Virus record (IMG/VR): IMGVR_UViG_3300022074_000029
Span: 4,169 to 68,168 of that record
Reading direction: 5' to 3' (one strand)
DNA: 64,000 nt
Source: a virus
Positions 32,101 through 38,200 of the stretch are shown one piece after another. Position 1 is the stretch's first letter. Each line of letters starts with the position of its first letter. The notes beneath the pieces were generated by a model that was given only the letters and a program-made list of their open reading frames with translations, did not search any database and was not told the origin of the DNA. A program made the translations under genes and the position numbers.

Positions 32101-33964
32101 TAAAGTTGTTCAAGTATATCAAAGATTCCGTATTGATGGTGATATTACAGATGGTCCTTACACCATGAATGAAGTTGTTGCTAAACAAGGTAATCCTTCT
32201 GTGACTGGAGTTGTGTATGGTTTCTGGTCAGATGCCAATTATAAGTATCTTGATGTTCGTGTAACTGCAGGTCCTTGGGCAGTAGCAGATAACATTGTTG
32301 GTGCTACTAACTCTACAACTGCACAAATTAGTGCAGTCGAAGACAGGATTCATGTTATAGATCTTAAGGGTGAATTTGCTGATAATATTCCATTCAAAGG
32401 ATATACATCAGGTGCAACTGCAACACCTACATCATTCATTAAATCTCAAGCAGCGATCATCGATAATACTGGTGGTAAATTAACAGTTGACACTGAATCA
32501 TTACTAGGAACATTTGAAACAACGACTGTTGTTTATCCAGAATCTTCCAGATCATATCTTGATGTTGTTAAGTTCTCTGGTCTTGATATATCTGTTGGTG
32601 ACAGAATTGCATCTACAGGATATAAGAGACTTGGTATTTCAGTTATAAGTGGATTAAATGTATTTACTGAGGGTAATAGACTTTATAAAGTTAACTCAGG
32701 TATACAAGATACAAATACATATGCCATTATTACTGAAGTTGACATAGCAAACAACTTCATTTACATCGCAGAATATCAAGGAACATTTACTAATGGTGAT
32801 ATTATTGGTGACTATGGTGTTGCTGCTAGTTTCCCAGTAGGTTATGGTTCCGTTCTAACTGCAACTACAACTGCAGGTGCAGCAGCTGGACTTGTTCAAG
32901 ATATTCGTGATGTTGGACTTAATAAGAGATTATATCTCAGTAATATTGTTGGAACATTTGATGATAAGGATGGAATCAAAGGACCAGATTCTTATGGATC
33001 TGTAATCATTGGTAAGGTTGAACTTAAAGCTCGTGTTAAACGTTCCTTTAGAGGATTTGATGGTGTTCAAACATCATTCAAACTTACACAGAATAATGGA
33101 ACTCAATATCTACCTGATCCTGCAGGACATATGCTCATCTTTGTTAATGGTATTCTACAACCACCAGGTGCTACTAATGCATATACAGCGTTCTCTGATA
33201 CTATTCAGTTTACTGAAGCACCTGATCTTGGAGCATCATTCACAGGATTCTATGTTGGTAAACTTAGACAGTTAGATGATATATCATTCGAGTTTGATTC
33301 ATTACGTCAGTCATTCAACTTGAAACGTAATGATGTATTCTACTCACTAACTCTTACAGAGGGTGTACAATCTAGCGTTATCAGACCTGAGAATAATATT
33401 ATAGTTTCTCTTAATGGTGTTATTCAAGAACCAGGCGTTGGTTTTGAGATTGTTGGTTCTAGAATTATCTTCTCTGAGATTCCTAGATTTGGATCAACAT
33501 TCGTTGCCTTCTCTTTTGTTGGTTCTGAAGCAGACGTTGATGCTGCTGAAGTTATTCCACCAATAGAACCAGGTGACTTCATTGATATTCAAGGTGAAAC
33601 CTCTGATAGACAGGTTGCTGTTATTGAATCTTCAAACTCATTGATTACATTCGATTATCTTGGATCTGTATTTGGTCAAGGTGCAGTTGGACAATCTGTT
33701 ATAACCTCAGGGTATATTAAGAATGTTCAAGTAACATCTGGTGGATCTGGTTATACATCAAGACCTACTGTTAGACTTGATTCTATCTCTGGTTTTGAAG
33801 GAAATATTAAGGCACTTGTTGGGGTAGCAGGTGTTGAAATGAGTGCTGCAGGATCTGGTTATCAGAATCCAGGCATCAGCGTTGACACTGTTGTTCCTGA
33901 TGATTATGTTGCTCCTGACCTTTCATTGTATGGTGAAGAGTTAGTAGACCCCGAAACCCCATAA
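14156..33964 (+). CDS. gp7: Giant gp7-like baseplate wedge initiator / virion protein (6602 aa)
   Basis: N-terminal QSPAFIENDYPLFNKFIEYYY, IKDFYTAKGT..SISYLFKLLYG, and IQDSYYYQDFSYAIKS...VHPASFKVFGE are typical of cyanophage gp7. Also carries YHYH-like, LamG-like and many Gly-rich beta repeats. Follows gp6. Confidence 0.8.
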   Translation: MNINKVSQSIAKQSPAFIENDYPLFNKFIEYYYRSQEKTGLGQNIVNEFLQYLDIDKLNIEVLDGVTKVVEAFTTTDDEIVVESVDQFLENDGSVLIGNEVIYYEKTSHAPNIALSPGISYEQVKLKWTTLASPIDSFDGSTVTFNLTSQDSPVAAPSAQHLIVSAYGKVLVPNIDYTVSGTQITFATAPRTRIPADDSSSTYITYLRGFVENPIVAIDNISSSFGGGKTQFTVTRNGVRYEPVADEYIAAIYDNRLLVPKVDYFLDGDQFIFLTAPLNGRFLSLYSIEAPIPSFGSNAIGYSRVDNTGQLTSVAINASGSNYRFEYPPQVSVNSDEGSGASVSSLVNGIKSLSLIDGGKGYSDTNPPVAQVQTPTKPGSTAAVLKATVTNGAVSGVEITTSGSGYTFTPRITFRQPGGAVLGTCPLVNGQVVGTIPITDGGFGYTTVPTIYIDEPTGTNSIKAALQAVLTNGVITSINILNAGQGYTTTPRIAVIDPVGAQVLETTVDTDGRVIRIELLNGGSGFDDIPSVYIVDSRTDATGNYAGGTGATAVASIFNGQITDINVTAFGTGYSSATPPKVIIQSPPEAKASAEIGLNEVTGFTVNQKGKGYSKAKFIGCARAASGVTSYTEDGNAVFTNNTVAETGAIDASVKCLDALFIKRLLDKYTEQYLPDVPELDYKKIDVRTAIKTIKDFYTAKGTSFSISYLFKLLYGEQVSISYPKDQIIKPSAATWSIDTILRATLVSGDPVNIRDGLVTQDADIADPSILAASALVENYISIKTSDVEIFELVLSEETIVGTFVVPYKTKLAEPLNATESIITVDSTIGWPERNGEFIIGASEVVQYKEKSLNQFIECTRSTNGIVEDWDSATELTSNFQVFVNKGTTQEVVLNVVGIVDAQQTVLTDTGSYYLPGDKLTVSKLGGTGTSPELTTWLYNVKKLISVTSIIYGGVNNQSATVTCSNPHGLLVGDQVTIYGANPILFNGTFEVTSRDSTTVFQYNLPQPATVIPQGNILVSVDLNKGKSNDTPVLNAIGPYTTNVQNSFFNTTHVYVASTGIPNYIIGPFPGSALLPGNQRKLNRFPLVPVTISTKDAISPGPIGTWVNGVSIWSYKSSIKKTFGAVTSINITNAGKGYDAAFPPTITVSGGSGTGATASVVVNGSISEITVTASGSGYTSSPLVSIVGGGGSGAAATAIITKGVVSRILINDGGTGYTSQPAITIVGGGGSGATGTANVRGPIQSIAVTSGGASYTSKPSIVLSSGSGAVAQAIVQNGRIISIAIISAGFGYTTAPEIGIQGDGFGAVARATIDVDGENAGRVTGITIVNRGIGYIQGTTIINLTSVGQDAAFSANVFEWTYNLQETTSLDAAKGGVFDGFNIQYGGEYAHPSNPQTLRYILGDNLFKNTQQQIKEQETQLVHSPIIGWAFDGNPIYGPYGYSDPTDQNSSVARLNTSYRLKTNLVYDANTNPYPVRTAGPLLTAEVAGKFVEDYEYIFSLGDLDQYNGRFCKTPEYPTGRYCYFVTIDTTEDGNPLFPYILGPSFNSVVDTWNLSASAVQQNIPTGVVRYRDPYENVDIDVERAPNASTNALTTEGGDILLFEIEDEDRSGVIEQAEIDDPDQIFEESPLQLFDYFPKVKLDSKVDIEVETITKFEDASVTGFTIENSGLSYQVDDRLIFDNDGTDGTGVSGRISRIVGESVLTYGFENVNGDNFGVLKTTNPHNLVAGDTVFIDYEPIMNNTNKTFVVRQFKGIEEIVVNQTGSGYNSDIPPVITIVPRDNLGKSASLQAVVTSVGSIDTVNILNSGSGYTQNPRVILSHPQIFKKADYYVSKIENQNYVKVNDVVVNTDKEVYICGITQDASGNKVGFVAKLSATGVKEWQKTLESTAGTYYTEFEKLYVDGTSIWVVGNNRPNSSLLDAYNPDIILAKYTEAANGLSATLDFQKAYAGISGATRADHVTAIQKYSDTRFIIGGFTNTNSGNPYDAYLAFIDTSGNFSIKRKIATANASEKITDIIINGTDVYFSMETAVSSTATAVNAAFGKATVGTIDISVAWIKEYTNTLYSFFNTSCCIDEFQEVYLTSTLRLKSNNTTQDSYWVGKVDTDGDLIWNYRYLVSNGQITMAGKCTIDIFGDLNLTFGKTATTDSLKTVESVKIGYDGVIKNHTTNQFNLKNIEGITPYSLATDTSGDIHIFGQSSWNRNEFIFPFTSGAITDTTGHYTLTNTNTSGSVTLADNVAKIYGYQTGQSTWTQGNLQITSAQLGTRLNDSWTLEMMLYKDSTVTSLSQTIQTIFAIGDAEDATGGLWLYYDTSSGNLELKVTNSSTKLNAAGSALQSGSSTMYANNTWQFISLVKNGNVFTAYVNGIQALTGTIASTALGSKDLYIGNIPGRTATPGQFRVNEQGQYFVDNLRLRNRAITPTVPTDVTAFPTAGAFAFAYTWTDTAWFTTNLNQYDYIDYTGWGIKVDKNADAARIGTYALQTNTQVGFIRTNVTPVTGSTLTIVSTGLNLGDAGFQNLDFDDATTTMSQDTETLTYTQDVWSSRTATVPSPGSQKLSVTAVVKDRYYFKITPTLKIDNVQELTLNQSFRFTTGAKLRLNNDAGTFVNSGYIVKQDTTNNKIYLAINNNDWTNDTATGLLVTEQFSEQSSYGIVGPIPNDINEIVAFTFANVNNTTPGTFDIDLNSYNHPEGGSNNLDELAKFKPHSDIDYSIRIDEITTGSPFIVGSVVFITASDISFNAAYTTAQITNLTAVTKITLVANLTKRLQVSSVANSDEVYVITSNSHYLNANEMLFIDGNPTQTVGATTYDEYDGSFSVDRVISSKEFVYKLPQAAVTSPATTGSSVNIFVKSPVIKMYNGHQYLFDLSHSSMLGGNLSFSKDNLNKLEYSFNSIERVGTPGVTGEGVTSPTVKLKVDSSIVTNISYYFDPSRTGTDSPIVEGSYLDVTNSPYLGNFVITSTSGQTITRGADTFKFSLVNEPEGAADITQATYTTSSKKAVGSIGAVRIVNSGGFYTRLPIITSIQSNRQIERVAINTPGTEYAVGVYNGVPIGGDGEGGLVQITVADGTDDSGGVIPGQINSVVVTSPGKGYTTATIDIEAIDGILGAGLAGSGAELQVVIPAFGSGASIFTKGDKVGKIKKLKNNNFGYDYPHDYTLRPEITFPINAQLTSTSILASITVTNPGSGYSQAPTVVITGGGGSGAVAESTIRNGRLDQILVKDPGAGYSSTPTVALRSAFNYVVNLDLGLLQFAFPHGITSGSAVTVTVTDTGDGAEYPLAAGAVGRLNASTTYYAIAGAANSLEDDQLKLAITASNAALGDALSFVNAGNGRQTVLTESFGGAATANVVTSTFLEGELVYQGDSLETATAQGYVSTNQGWQIGPRIIKIVDYTGDFSEGQKVTGVISKSSGTISDLNIAKGVLEIGSITKTTGQFIDDVGKPSEIIQKIQDSYYYQDFSYAIKSAVSIGEWKDILIKNVHPASFKVFGELNLSDYGSIPNKTTDFQITKSVELAREAIVPNIQNFALVEPIYSEFNNTEVLFRQKRLTSSENILTSVVQRLDDISNLFDGERISFPLTVNQQNVVANANQLMIVLNGVTQNPGTSFQIQSDSIVFSEPPQPPASIKYVNVTINQIGTKDLTFTNISGIFPNVGNTLTGTVSGSRLTVTKVLGNTISGFVTEGTFVVGELVNVGATGFAANIAAVTDVVSNGLYAFGETVTNLTSDTAIVEQINLATGQETPLAQLRYTVGPSTASIEVVAYKVVNSDADAVVPLNTFTVTKNYQFGAEIFRVDSITQNSNSTTLGVTRAQSGSAAASQQEFTPVYGTDISVTTFLTLSKTAGTYQSTPGLFDIQLNDYIIGASSGVVSQITATSAYQDTTTNEFISQINISEGSSFFGLLFNRITSQTYPNVVLDNISQSQVSIVQFQDNTTAFDLDFPNNEILNSYIIPYDNLVTGPIQQDEDIRNYKFDYGNASGDFNVGEIVNVRKLVFKDRVGDGFFAAGQVIRTTDTKAEVIGYSQARSTVYLGKIGRTQSTGEDYHVATFTKATINTANKKFGQACLALTPGLSPHTFTSGVTDAITASNGATGSFTAATGTTYNPVTGDMVLEIGTHTLTTSNKVTIADGGVTFTCAQDGNTSGKAYPRATDPASGSALTITAVTTTTITVGVGVASPIDEYISIPSSTEFAFGSGAFTIECWVKPLSASLTGEKNIIDTRASGATEVAGRLYLNAAQLRWHVNGSDLVNTGSTVLTADTWYHVAVVKSSTTTKIYIDGVERGTGTDSTTYTAKPIRVGMDYNAANGFAGYIDELRVSNTNRYTGAFTAPLGVFQGDANTKLLFHFDGANGDQFTQDWSGTQSFTKGEDFNNDAILATSRVTGAPAGFASKSQRYYDAADLIIANSDFIKKEVVYQMRQRYPELVILGTRYTPTAATYDAATGLLSMTVTGNNLVNGGTITPQTATYNAATGVMVITKLAHGLKNGQRVNIKVGGVTFTCTQDSGASEHAYPRSTDPVAGQWIPVANVTDHTFEVNVGASPSGQQYTHTFVSALANGITVEKDRIKINDGALTFTCAMDSNGSNKTYPRATDPASKDVALPIVSSSTTNLTVNVGPSPLVNFQPTNATYDPATGAFVMTIANHTINVGTDIRLTADSFTFTCTQDGNSAQKTYPRATAGDGSPDPAYNTALAVTAVGTTTQDVSSASYDPATGILTINTNSAHSLSTGNRVQIADNSLTFTCAYDSNATNHTYPRQTDPIRGEWVEVTVVDSDTFTIDVGTSSDTSTHSFVSATAGALIKQTGTVTINVGVSAQADQYAHTFVSAAANAVVTGGNYLHTFVSAVANSVIGDEGINCEDDIRDTLNAIVQDIRNGSNNHIWDAASYYVNRTTNPVQIAQIEPAVKETLFAYEKVDDMLQYIITNTLWTVQGDHGLTQKTDTTITDSSNPSYTNFDVTNATYNPATGDMVLTIGTHSLTTSSRIDLAIGGIVFTCTKDGNASNHAYPRATDPAANAVLAVTSVVANTSITVNVGVSGANDQYAHTFVSAAQSVVRVLDYSTSDCADVFTTVGNLINILTDTITNASANTPVDHLASVTKVLPAFEFVGATVDSFLDTEFTSSYQDTTNDILYTNQIDSDTRYRFRDAARLIRSNRSVIVDKAAADMLTRYPALAQDMPRNANGGSTDGTLRCKTDLGLILDGVADDVENDGNLGTITAAKFYIGNSGELLHIRLQVFQSVYAHDRLAYYAKQAVLGTLDYTNTDNIIVGNWGVTGAGVANYFDAVTTYIDTLTTTINDIIAPTAIDYNIAADRLYFNRLWIREEVTGYTINNFQYDLNSTTYNAFTYGAGQKDIAEDALEDLLLAIISDLQTGGSNSTIAEMEKYLTATLTINNTVLSEKGLPARIYSIEKMKTIGEYALKNYAYPSTSNETAPNYSAIYTGQAAYRDSESPSAINDVAFRFKELIDISLNILAPGRNVARSAAKNIQYNTNYYQNEIGNQVNAQFGSGSWVYDSFVEELVDNFVADSITTDITKKSDAYTITLSAQNGTNFVVGEVVTSSGGGIATVLEWDPENDLLYVGPFTSTAWVATNTLSAPSGATGTIGSGGVSSAYTWYTEPSNVEYLKSARSITSNIAGQVSGTNLWTNPEAFGTNWTASNLTKTDNAFAGPDGTVTSEKYVGQSGVSGNHILHRDFSLTAFETFDTDSVKFDSSGETFDTGSTSDVSQTFTASVFFKAVGSQSIRYKLQLDQGQAGEQNIFFDLNLTNGTIGSLFIPQGGITGDAFGAIPYGNGWYRAYITATFSFGFSSLRTQVTVNSSTGSASWTGDGTTGAYFWGAKLNKGAVDPYTAVSGQIFYANTEYNIKNYTIDLLETYMSQALDNTLTSPSPNSGFYSYYDSTAASDYAKVSVMGFVRYGLNIIRNQLDVDSYYTTVIQNTGITVPTKTYGTREIPVGVSGGVTASDYIYGIVSSQYAEIENITENTGKVVQVYQRFRIDGDITDGPYTMNEVVAKQGNPSVTGVVYGFWSDANYKYLDVRVTAGPWAVADNIVGATNSTTAQISAVEDRIHVIDLKGEFADNIPFKGYTSGATATPTSFIKSQAAIIDNTGGKLTVDTESLLGTFETTTVVYPESSRSYLDVVKFSGLDISVGDRIASTGYKRLGISVISGLNVFTEGNRLYKVNSGIQDTNTYAIITEVDIANNFIYIAEYQGTFTNGDIIGDYGVAASFPVGYGSVLTATTTAGAAAGLVQDIRDVGLNKRLYLSNIVGTFDDKDGIKGPDSYGSVIIGKVELKARVKRSFRGFDGVQTSFKLTQNNGTQYLPDPAGHMLIFVNGILQPPGATNAYTAFSDTIQFTEAPDLGASFTGFYVGKLRQLDDISFEFDSLRQSFNLKRNDVFYSLTLTEGVQSSVIRPENNIIVSLNGVIQEPGVGFEIVGSRIIFSEIPRFGSTFVAFSFVGSEADVDAAEVIPPIEPGDFIDIQGETSDRQVAVIESSNSLITFDYLGSVFGQGAVGQSVITSGYIKNVQVTSGGSGYTSRPTVRLDSISGFEGNIKALVGVAGVEMSAAGSGYQNPGISVDTVVPDDYVAPDLSLYGEELVDPETP
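26366..29320 (+). repeat. Six copies of a ~95-aa module (ATYdpaTG...FTC..D....YPRaTDP...ITVNVG...HTFVSA) inside gp7
   Basis: Visible in the translation at about 26450, 27450/27840 (split copy), 27540, 28030, 28265 and 29020. Confidence 0.85.
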
Positions 33965-33967
33965 ATA
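33960..33967 (+). promoter_or_regulatory. T4-type late promoter
   Basis: CATAAATA (TATAAATA-like) about 20 bp before ATG 33988. Confidence 0.7.
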
Positions 33968-33987
33968 ACTAAAAATCGTAGCAAGAA

Positions 33988-35208
33988 ATGGCTAAACAAT
34001 CCCTAGGTCTTGGATCATCAGCTAATGATAACACAGGTGATACCCTGAGAGCTGGTGGTGACAAGATTAATGACAATTTTAATGAAATATATACCGCTAT
34101 TGGTAACGGTACAACTTTGAACGTCAGTGTATCAAACCCTGCCAATGGTCAGGTTCTTCGATATAATGGTTCAACATTTTTACCATCTGATTATAGTGCC
34201 TTAACTTCATCATTAGATGTAGCAGGTAATTCTATTATATCTTCTTCCAACGGTAATATAAATATTAACCCAAATGGAACTGGTAATGTAGTAGTTAATA
34301 ATGGAAGTATTGTTAATACTTTTAATGGAACTACAGGTATAATTGATTTCCCTACAAAAGTTTATTATAAAAACGAGTATACAGCAATAGGAAATGCACC
34401 AGCTGCTTCAACATATACGGGTTATTTTTTCACTGTTGATGGTGATGATAGTCCATATGTAAATATCAATATCACAGCTGGTGGTGTTGGTGATACTAGA
34501 GCAAAACTTCTTACTCAATATTCTAGTATTGATGCATTAAGTGACGTAGATACTACAACTGTTGCACCAACTGCAAACCAAATTTTAAAGTGGAATGGAA
34601 CTAACTTTACACCAGCTGATGAGACTGGTGGAGGTGCTGCATCCCAGAATATTTTTGCATCTGTAGCTGGTGATTCTGGTTCAACAACTGCTGATAGCAC
34701 GAGTGATACCTTAACTATAGCTGGTGGAACTAATATTACAACTGCAGTTTCTGGAGATACTCTTACAGTCAACTTCAGTGGAACGTTGTCTACAACTCTC
34801 GCTGCTCTTACTGATACTGATGTCTCTGGTATTACTCAAGGTGATTCATTGTTCTACAATGGAACAAGTTGGGTTGTTACTAGATCACCTATTACATGGT
34901 GGGAGTTAGCTGCACCTGATGCTTCTGGTTACAACTTTACAGGACCAGGTTTTGCAGCTGCAACAGCAGATCCTACTTTATATGTTATGAGAGGTGCAAC
35001 ATATGCTTTCGATAATAATGCTGGTGGAGCACACCCATTTAGAATTCAAAGCACTCAAGGTTTAACTGGAACTCCATATACTACAGGTCAAACTGGTAGT
35101 GGAACATCAGTTCTTTATTGGACTGTCCCTATGGATGCTCCTAACACGCTGTATTATCAGTGTACAATTCACGCAGCAATGGCTGGTCAAATAAACGTAG
35201 TCGCATAA
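33988..35208 (+). CDS. Virion structural protein with a gp9/gp10-like N-terminus and a C-terminal cupredoxin-like motif
   Basis: MAKQSLGLGSSANDNTGDTLRAGGDKINDNFNEIY at the start; HPF...YYQCTIHAAMAG at the end. Confidence 0.75.
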   Translation: MAKQSLGLGSSANDNTGDTLRAGGDKINDNFNEIYTAIGNGTTLNVSVSNPANGQVLRYNGSTFLPSDYSALTSSLDVAGNSIISSSNGNININPNGTGNVVVNNGSIVNTFNGTTGIIDFPTKVYYKNEYTAIGNAPAASTYTGYFFTVDGDDSPYVNINITAGGVGDTRAKLLTQYSSIDALSDVDTTTVAPTANQILKWNGTNFTPADETGGGAASQNIFASVAGDSGSTTADSTSDTLTIAGGTNITTAVSGDTLTVNFSGTLSTTLAALTDTDVSGITQGDSLFYNGTSWVVTRSPITWWELAAPDASGYNFTGPGFAAATADPTLYVMRGATYAFDNNAGGAHPFRIQSTQGLTGTPYTTGQTGSGTSVLYWTVPMDAPNTLYYQCTIHAAMAGQINVVA

Positions 35209-35211
35209 TAA

Positions 35212-38200
35212 ATGACAAGAACGGTTCCTGGTACTGGTGCAACAATCAACCCTATCTTCGATGAAGTATTTGGGGTTCGTGCAGTTGAAGTTACGAATGG
35301 AGGATCTGGGTATTCTCCTACAGATCCACCACGTCTAACCATAACTGGTTGTGGAACTCCAACTAAAGAGGCAATTCTATATCCAATTATTGATACAGAT
35401 TCTGGAAGAATTATTCATGTTCGTGTTTTGGATAGAGGTCAAGGATATGATCCTCTAAGATTACAAATTATTCCTCAAGATGAAACACCAACTATTGTTG
35501 ATTCATTTGATATCAATAGAATTTGGCAAAGTCATCCAAACGCACCTACCACAGGGTCTTTTGCGGGCACTACAGACAGACTTACAATACAATCTGATAA
35601 TCATCCTAAACCTACTTGGACATTAGCAGAAGCTGCACCTGGTGGAGGTCCTTTAGTTGATAGAACTTTTAATCAAGCATTTATATATCGTGGTGGTAAA
35701 GATGTTCCTAATCCAGGTATAAGATCTTTTCAAAACGATAGAGTAAACGGTATATTAGCAAACGGAGGTTTATTACATACACCTGAGTGGGGTGTAGATG
35801 GTAATGCTCCTTCTGGTCATCAAATTGATGTTGTTAAGTATCCATATGTAAAATCTATGGATACTTATGATGTTGTTACTGAAAGCAATGTTAACTACTA
35901 TCATTCAAATGAGGTAATTCCAGAGTTTGAATTGACTAATGGTGTTTTCGATTGGGGAAATATTCAACAGTTTACTTGGAATATTAAAGTAGAATTAAAT
36001 AATTTACAATTTGATGTTATTGAAGTTGATGAAACATTAGGAACTGTAGAAGTTGGTAGAATAGTTGATGAAGTATCTGGTGCTGCAAGAGGAGAAATTG
36101 CTAAAGTTGTAAGAAATGGATCGAACGTTGTAACAAGAATCTATTTAAGAAATGTATCTACAGGTGCATCTTTTACAGATCAAGATGTTTGTTTAGGTTC
36201 AAATGGTTTTCAGTTTAAAATTAATACGATTCCAAGAATACTTAAACCATATTATATTGATTTTGGAACAAGTGCTTCTAGATTTGGTGCTTTTGTACCT
36301 GGTCAATATTATTTCGCTCCTGAGAATATTCAAGTTAGAGCAAATGATCTTATAATCTTTAATCAATCTGATGCTTCTAATAATGAAGGAACAAATGGGC
36401 ATCCAATTAGACTTAGCACAACTGCTGATGGTCCTCTAAATCAAAGTCCTGGCACAGTATACTATCAAAGTACTGGTGTATCTCAAGGACCTGCTGCAGA
36501 TTACGAAACTAATTTCCAAACAGTCTTTATTATGAACTCTGATGAGAGTTCTAGAATTTATTACCACTGTGCATATCATACGCACATGGCTGGTTATACA
36601 GGTGATGAAGGATATATTACTTTAAATACTGCTTCTGAAACATACACATCTACTAATAATTATTATTCAGAAGATTTTTATCAATCAGATTCAAATGATC
36701 CTAATACTATTGATAGATCCCGTCATGTAAATGGTCATTCTAAAATTCTTGGTATGTCATATGATGGTTATCCTATTTACGGTCCTTGGGGATACAATTC
36801 AAGTAATGCTGTAGCAAGAGAGATATCATCATATCGCTTAAGGACAACTGCTGAATTAGCAGGTAATAGACCTCAGGTAAATACAGTATCTACTGTCACA
36901 TATGCAGTAACAATATCTAATGGTCAATTCTTGTTTGATGGATCTCGTCCATCATTCTTAGATTTAGATCGTGGAAAGACATATATTTTCAATCAAAATG
37001 ACTCATCTAATGATAGTCAACATATTCTAATTTCTACTACAACTGATGGATGGCATGGGATTAACCCTGTTGTCATTGGAAATACTGCAAATGTGTATAC
37101 TGGTAATGGAATTAAATATTATATTGATGGAAGCGAAGTAACATATCAATCATACTTGTCAGGATTTAACTTGGCTTCTACTCGTGAACTAAGGTTTACA
37201 GTTCCTGTTGATTCACCTGCACAGTTATTCTTATTTGCATACACCACTGCAGGACATGGTATTAGAACAGTTCAAGAAGGATATGTCTTAGGTGATTTAG
37301 TTGGTGATTATATTTACGACTCATCTGTAGGAACACTAGACGAATATAATGGTAAGTTTGATTCTACACCTGAGTATCCAAACGGAACATACGCATATTA
37401 TATGACAGAGGATAGTAGTGCTGATCCTACATATCCATATGCTATTGGTCCTAAAATGTATGGTGTGCCTATTGTTGAGGGAGATACTTTACCAGATGCA
37501 CCGACTATATTCCCAACTATTGCTGAAGGAGATGTAATACTAAACACTGATGGAACAGTATCATATGTCAAGATGACAAAGAAAGGTGATAATTTCTTTG
37601 GTACTGCTAGAGCTGAGATATTAGGTGGACAAGGAACAGGTGCTTTAGGATCTCCTATTGTTCAAACTGTTACTGGTTTATCACTTCTTACAACAGGTAG
37701 AAGTTATGCAACTCCTCCAACACTTATTTTTGAAGGTGGTGGTGGACAAGGTGCTCAAGGTGCTGCTGAGATTGATACATTAGGTAGAGTTACTTCTATT
37801 AATATTGCAGATGACGGTGAATTCTATCAAGAACCTCCTTTTGTATTGATCTCAGGTGGAGGAGGTATTGGTGCTAAAGCAGTAGCAACTATTGATCAAG
37901 GTAAGATTACTGCTATCACAGTTACAGAACCTGGTAGTGGATATACCTCTGCACCAAATGTAATTTTCACTAAGTTAGTAAATCTTAAACGTAGAGCAAG
38001 AGCACGTCAGGCAAATAACTCTGGTACAATTTACTTAACTGGTTTAGTTAAAAATGTAACTGCAAATGATTCAGAAATTTTTGTAGATTCTACTGATGCG
38101 TATCCTGGTTCTGGTCAAATTATTCTAAATAAAGAAACTATCACATATACTGCTAAAGTAGCTGGTAAGTTTTCTGGTCTTACCAGAGGTGTAAACTTTA

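Noticed and set aside
14156-33964. Inteins or introns explaining the size of gp7
   Set aside because: No intein splice motifs (C...HN-C/S/T), LAGLIDADG/HNH domains or frame breaks were recognised.
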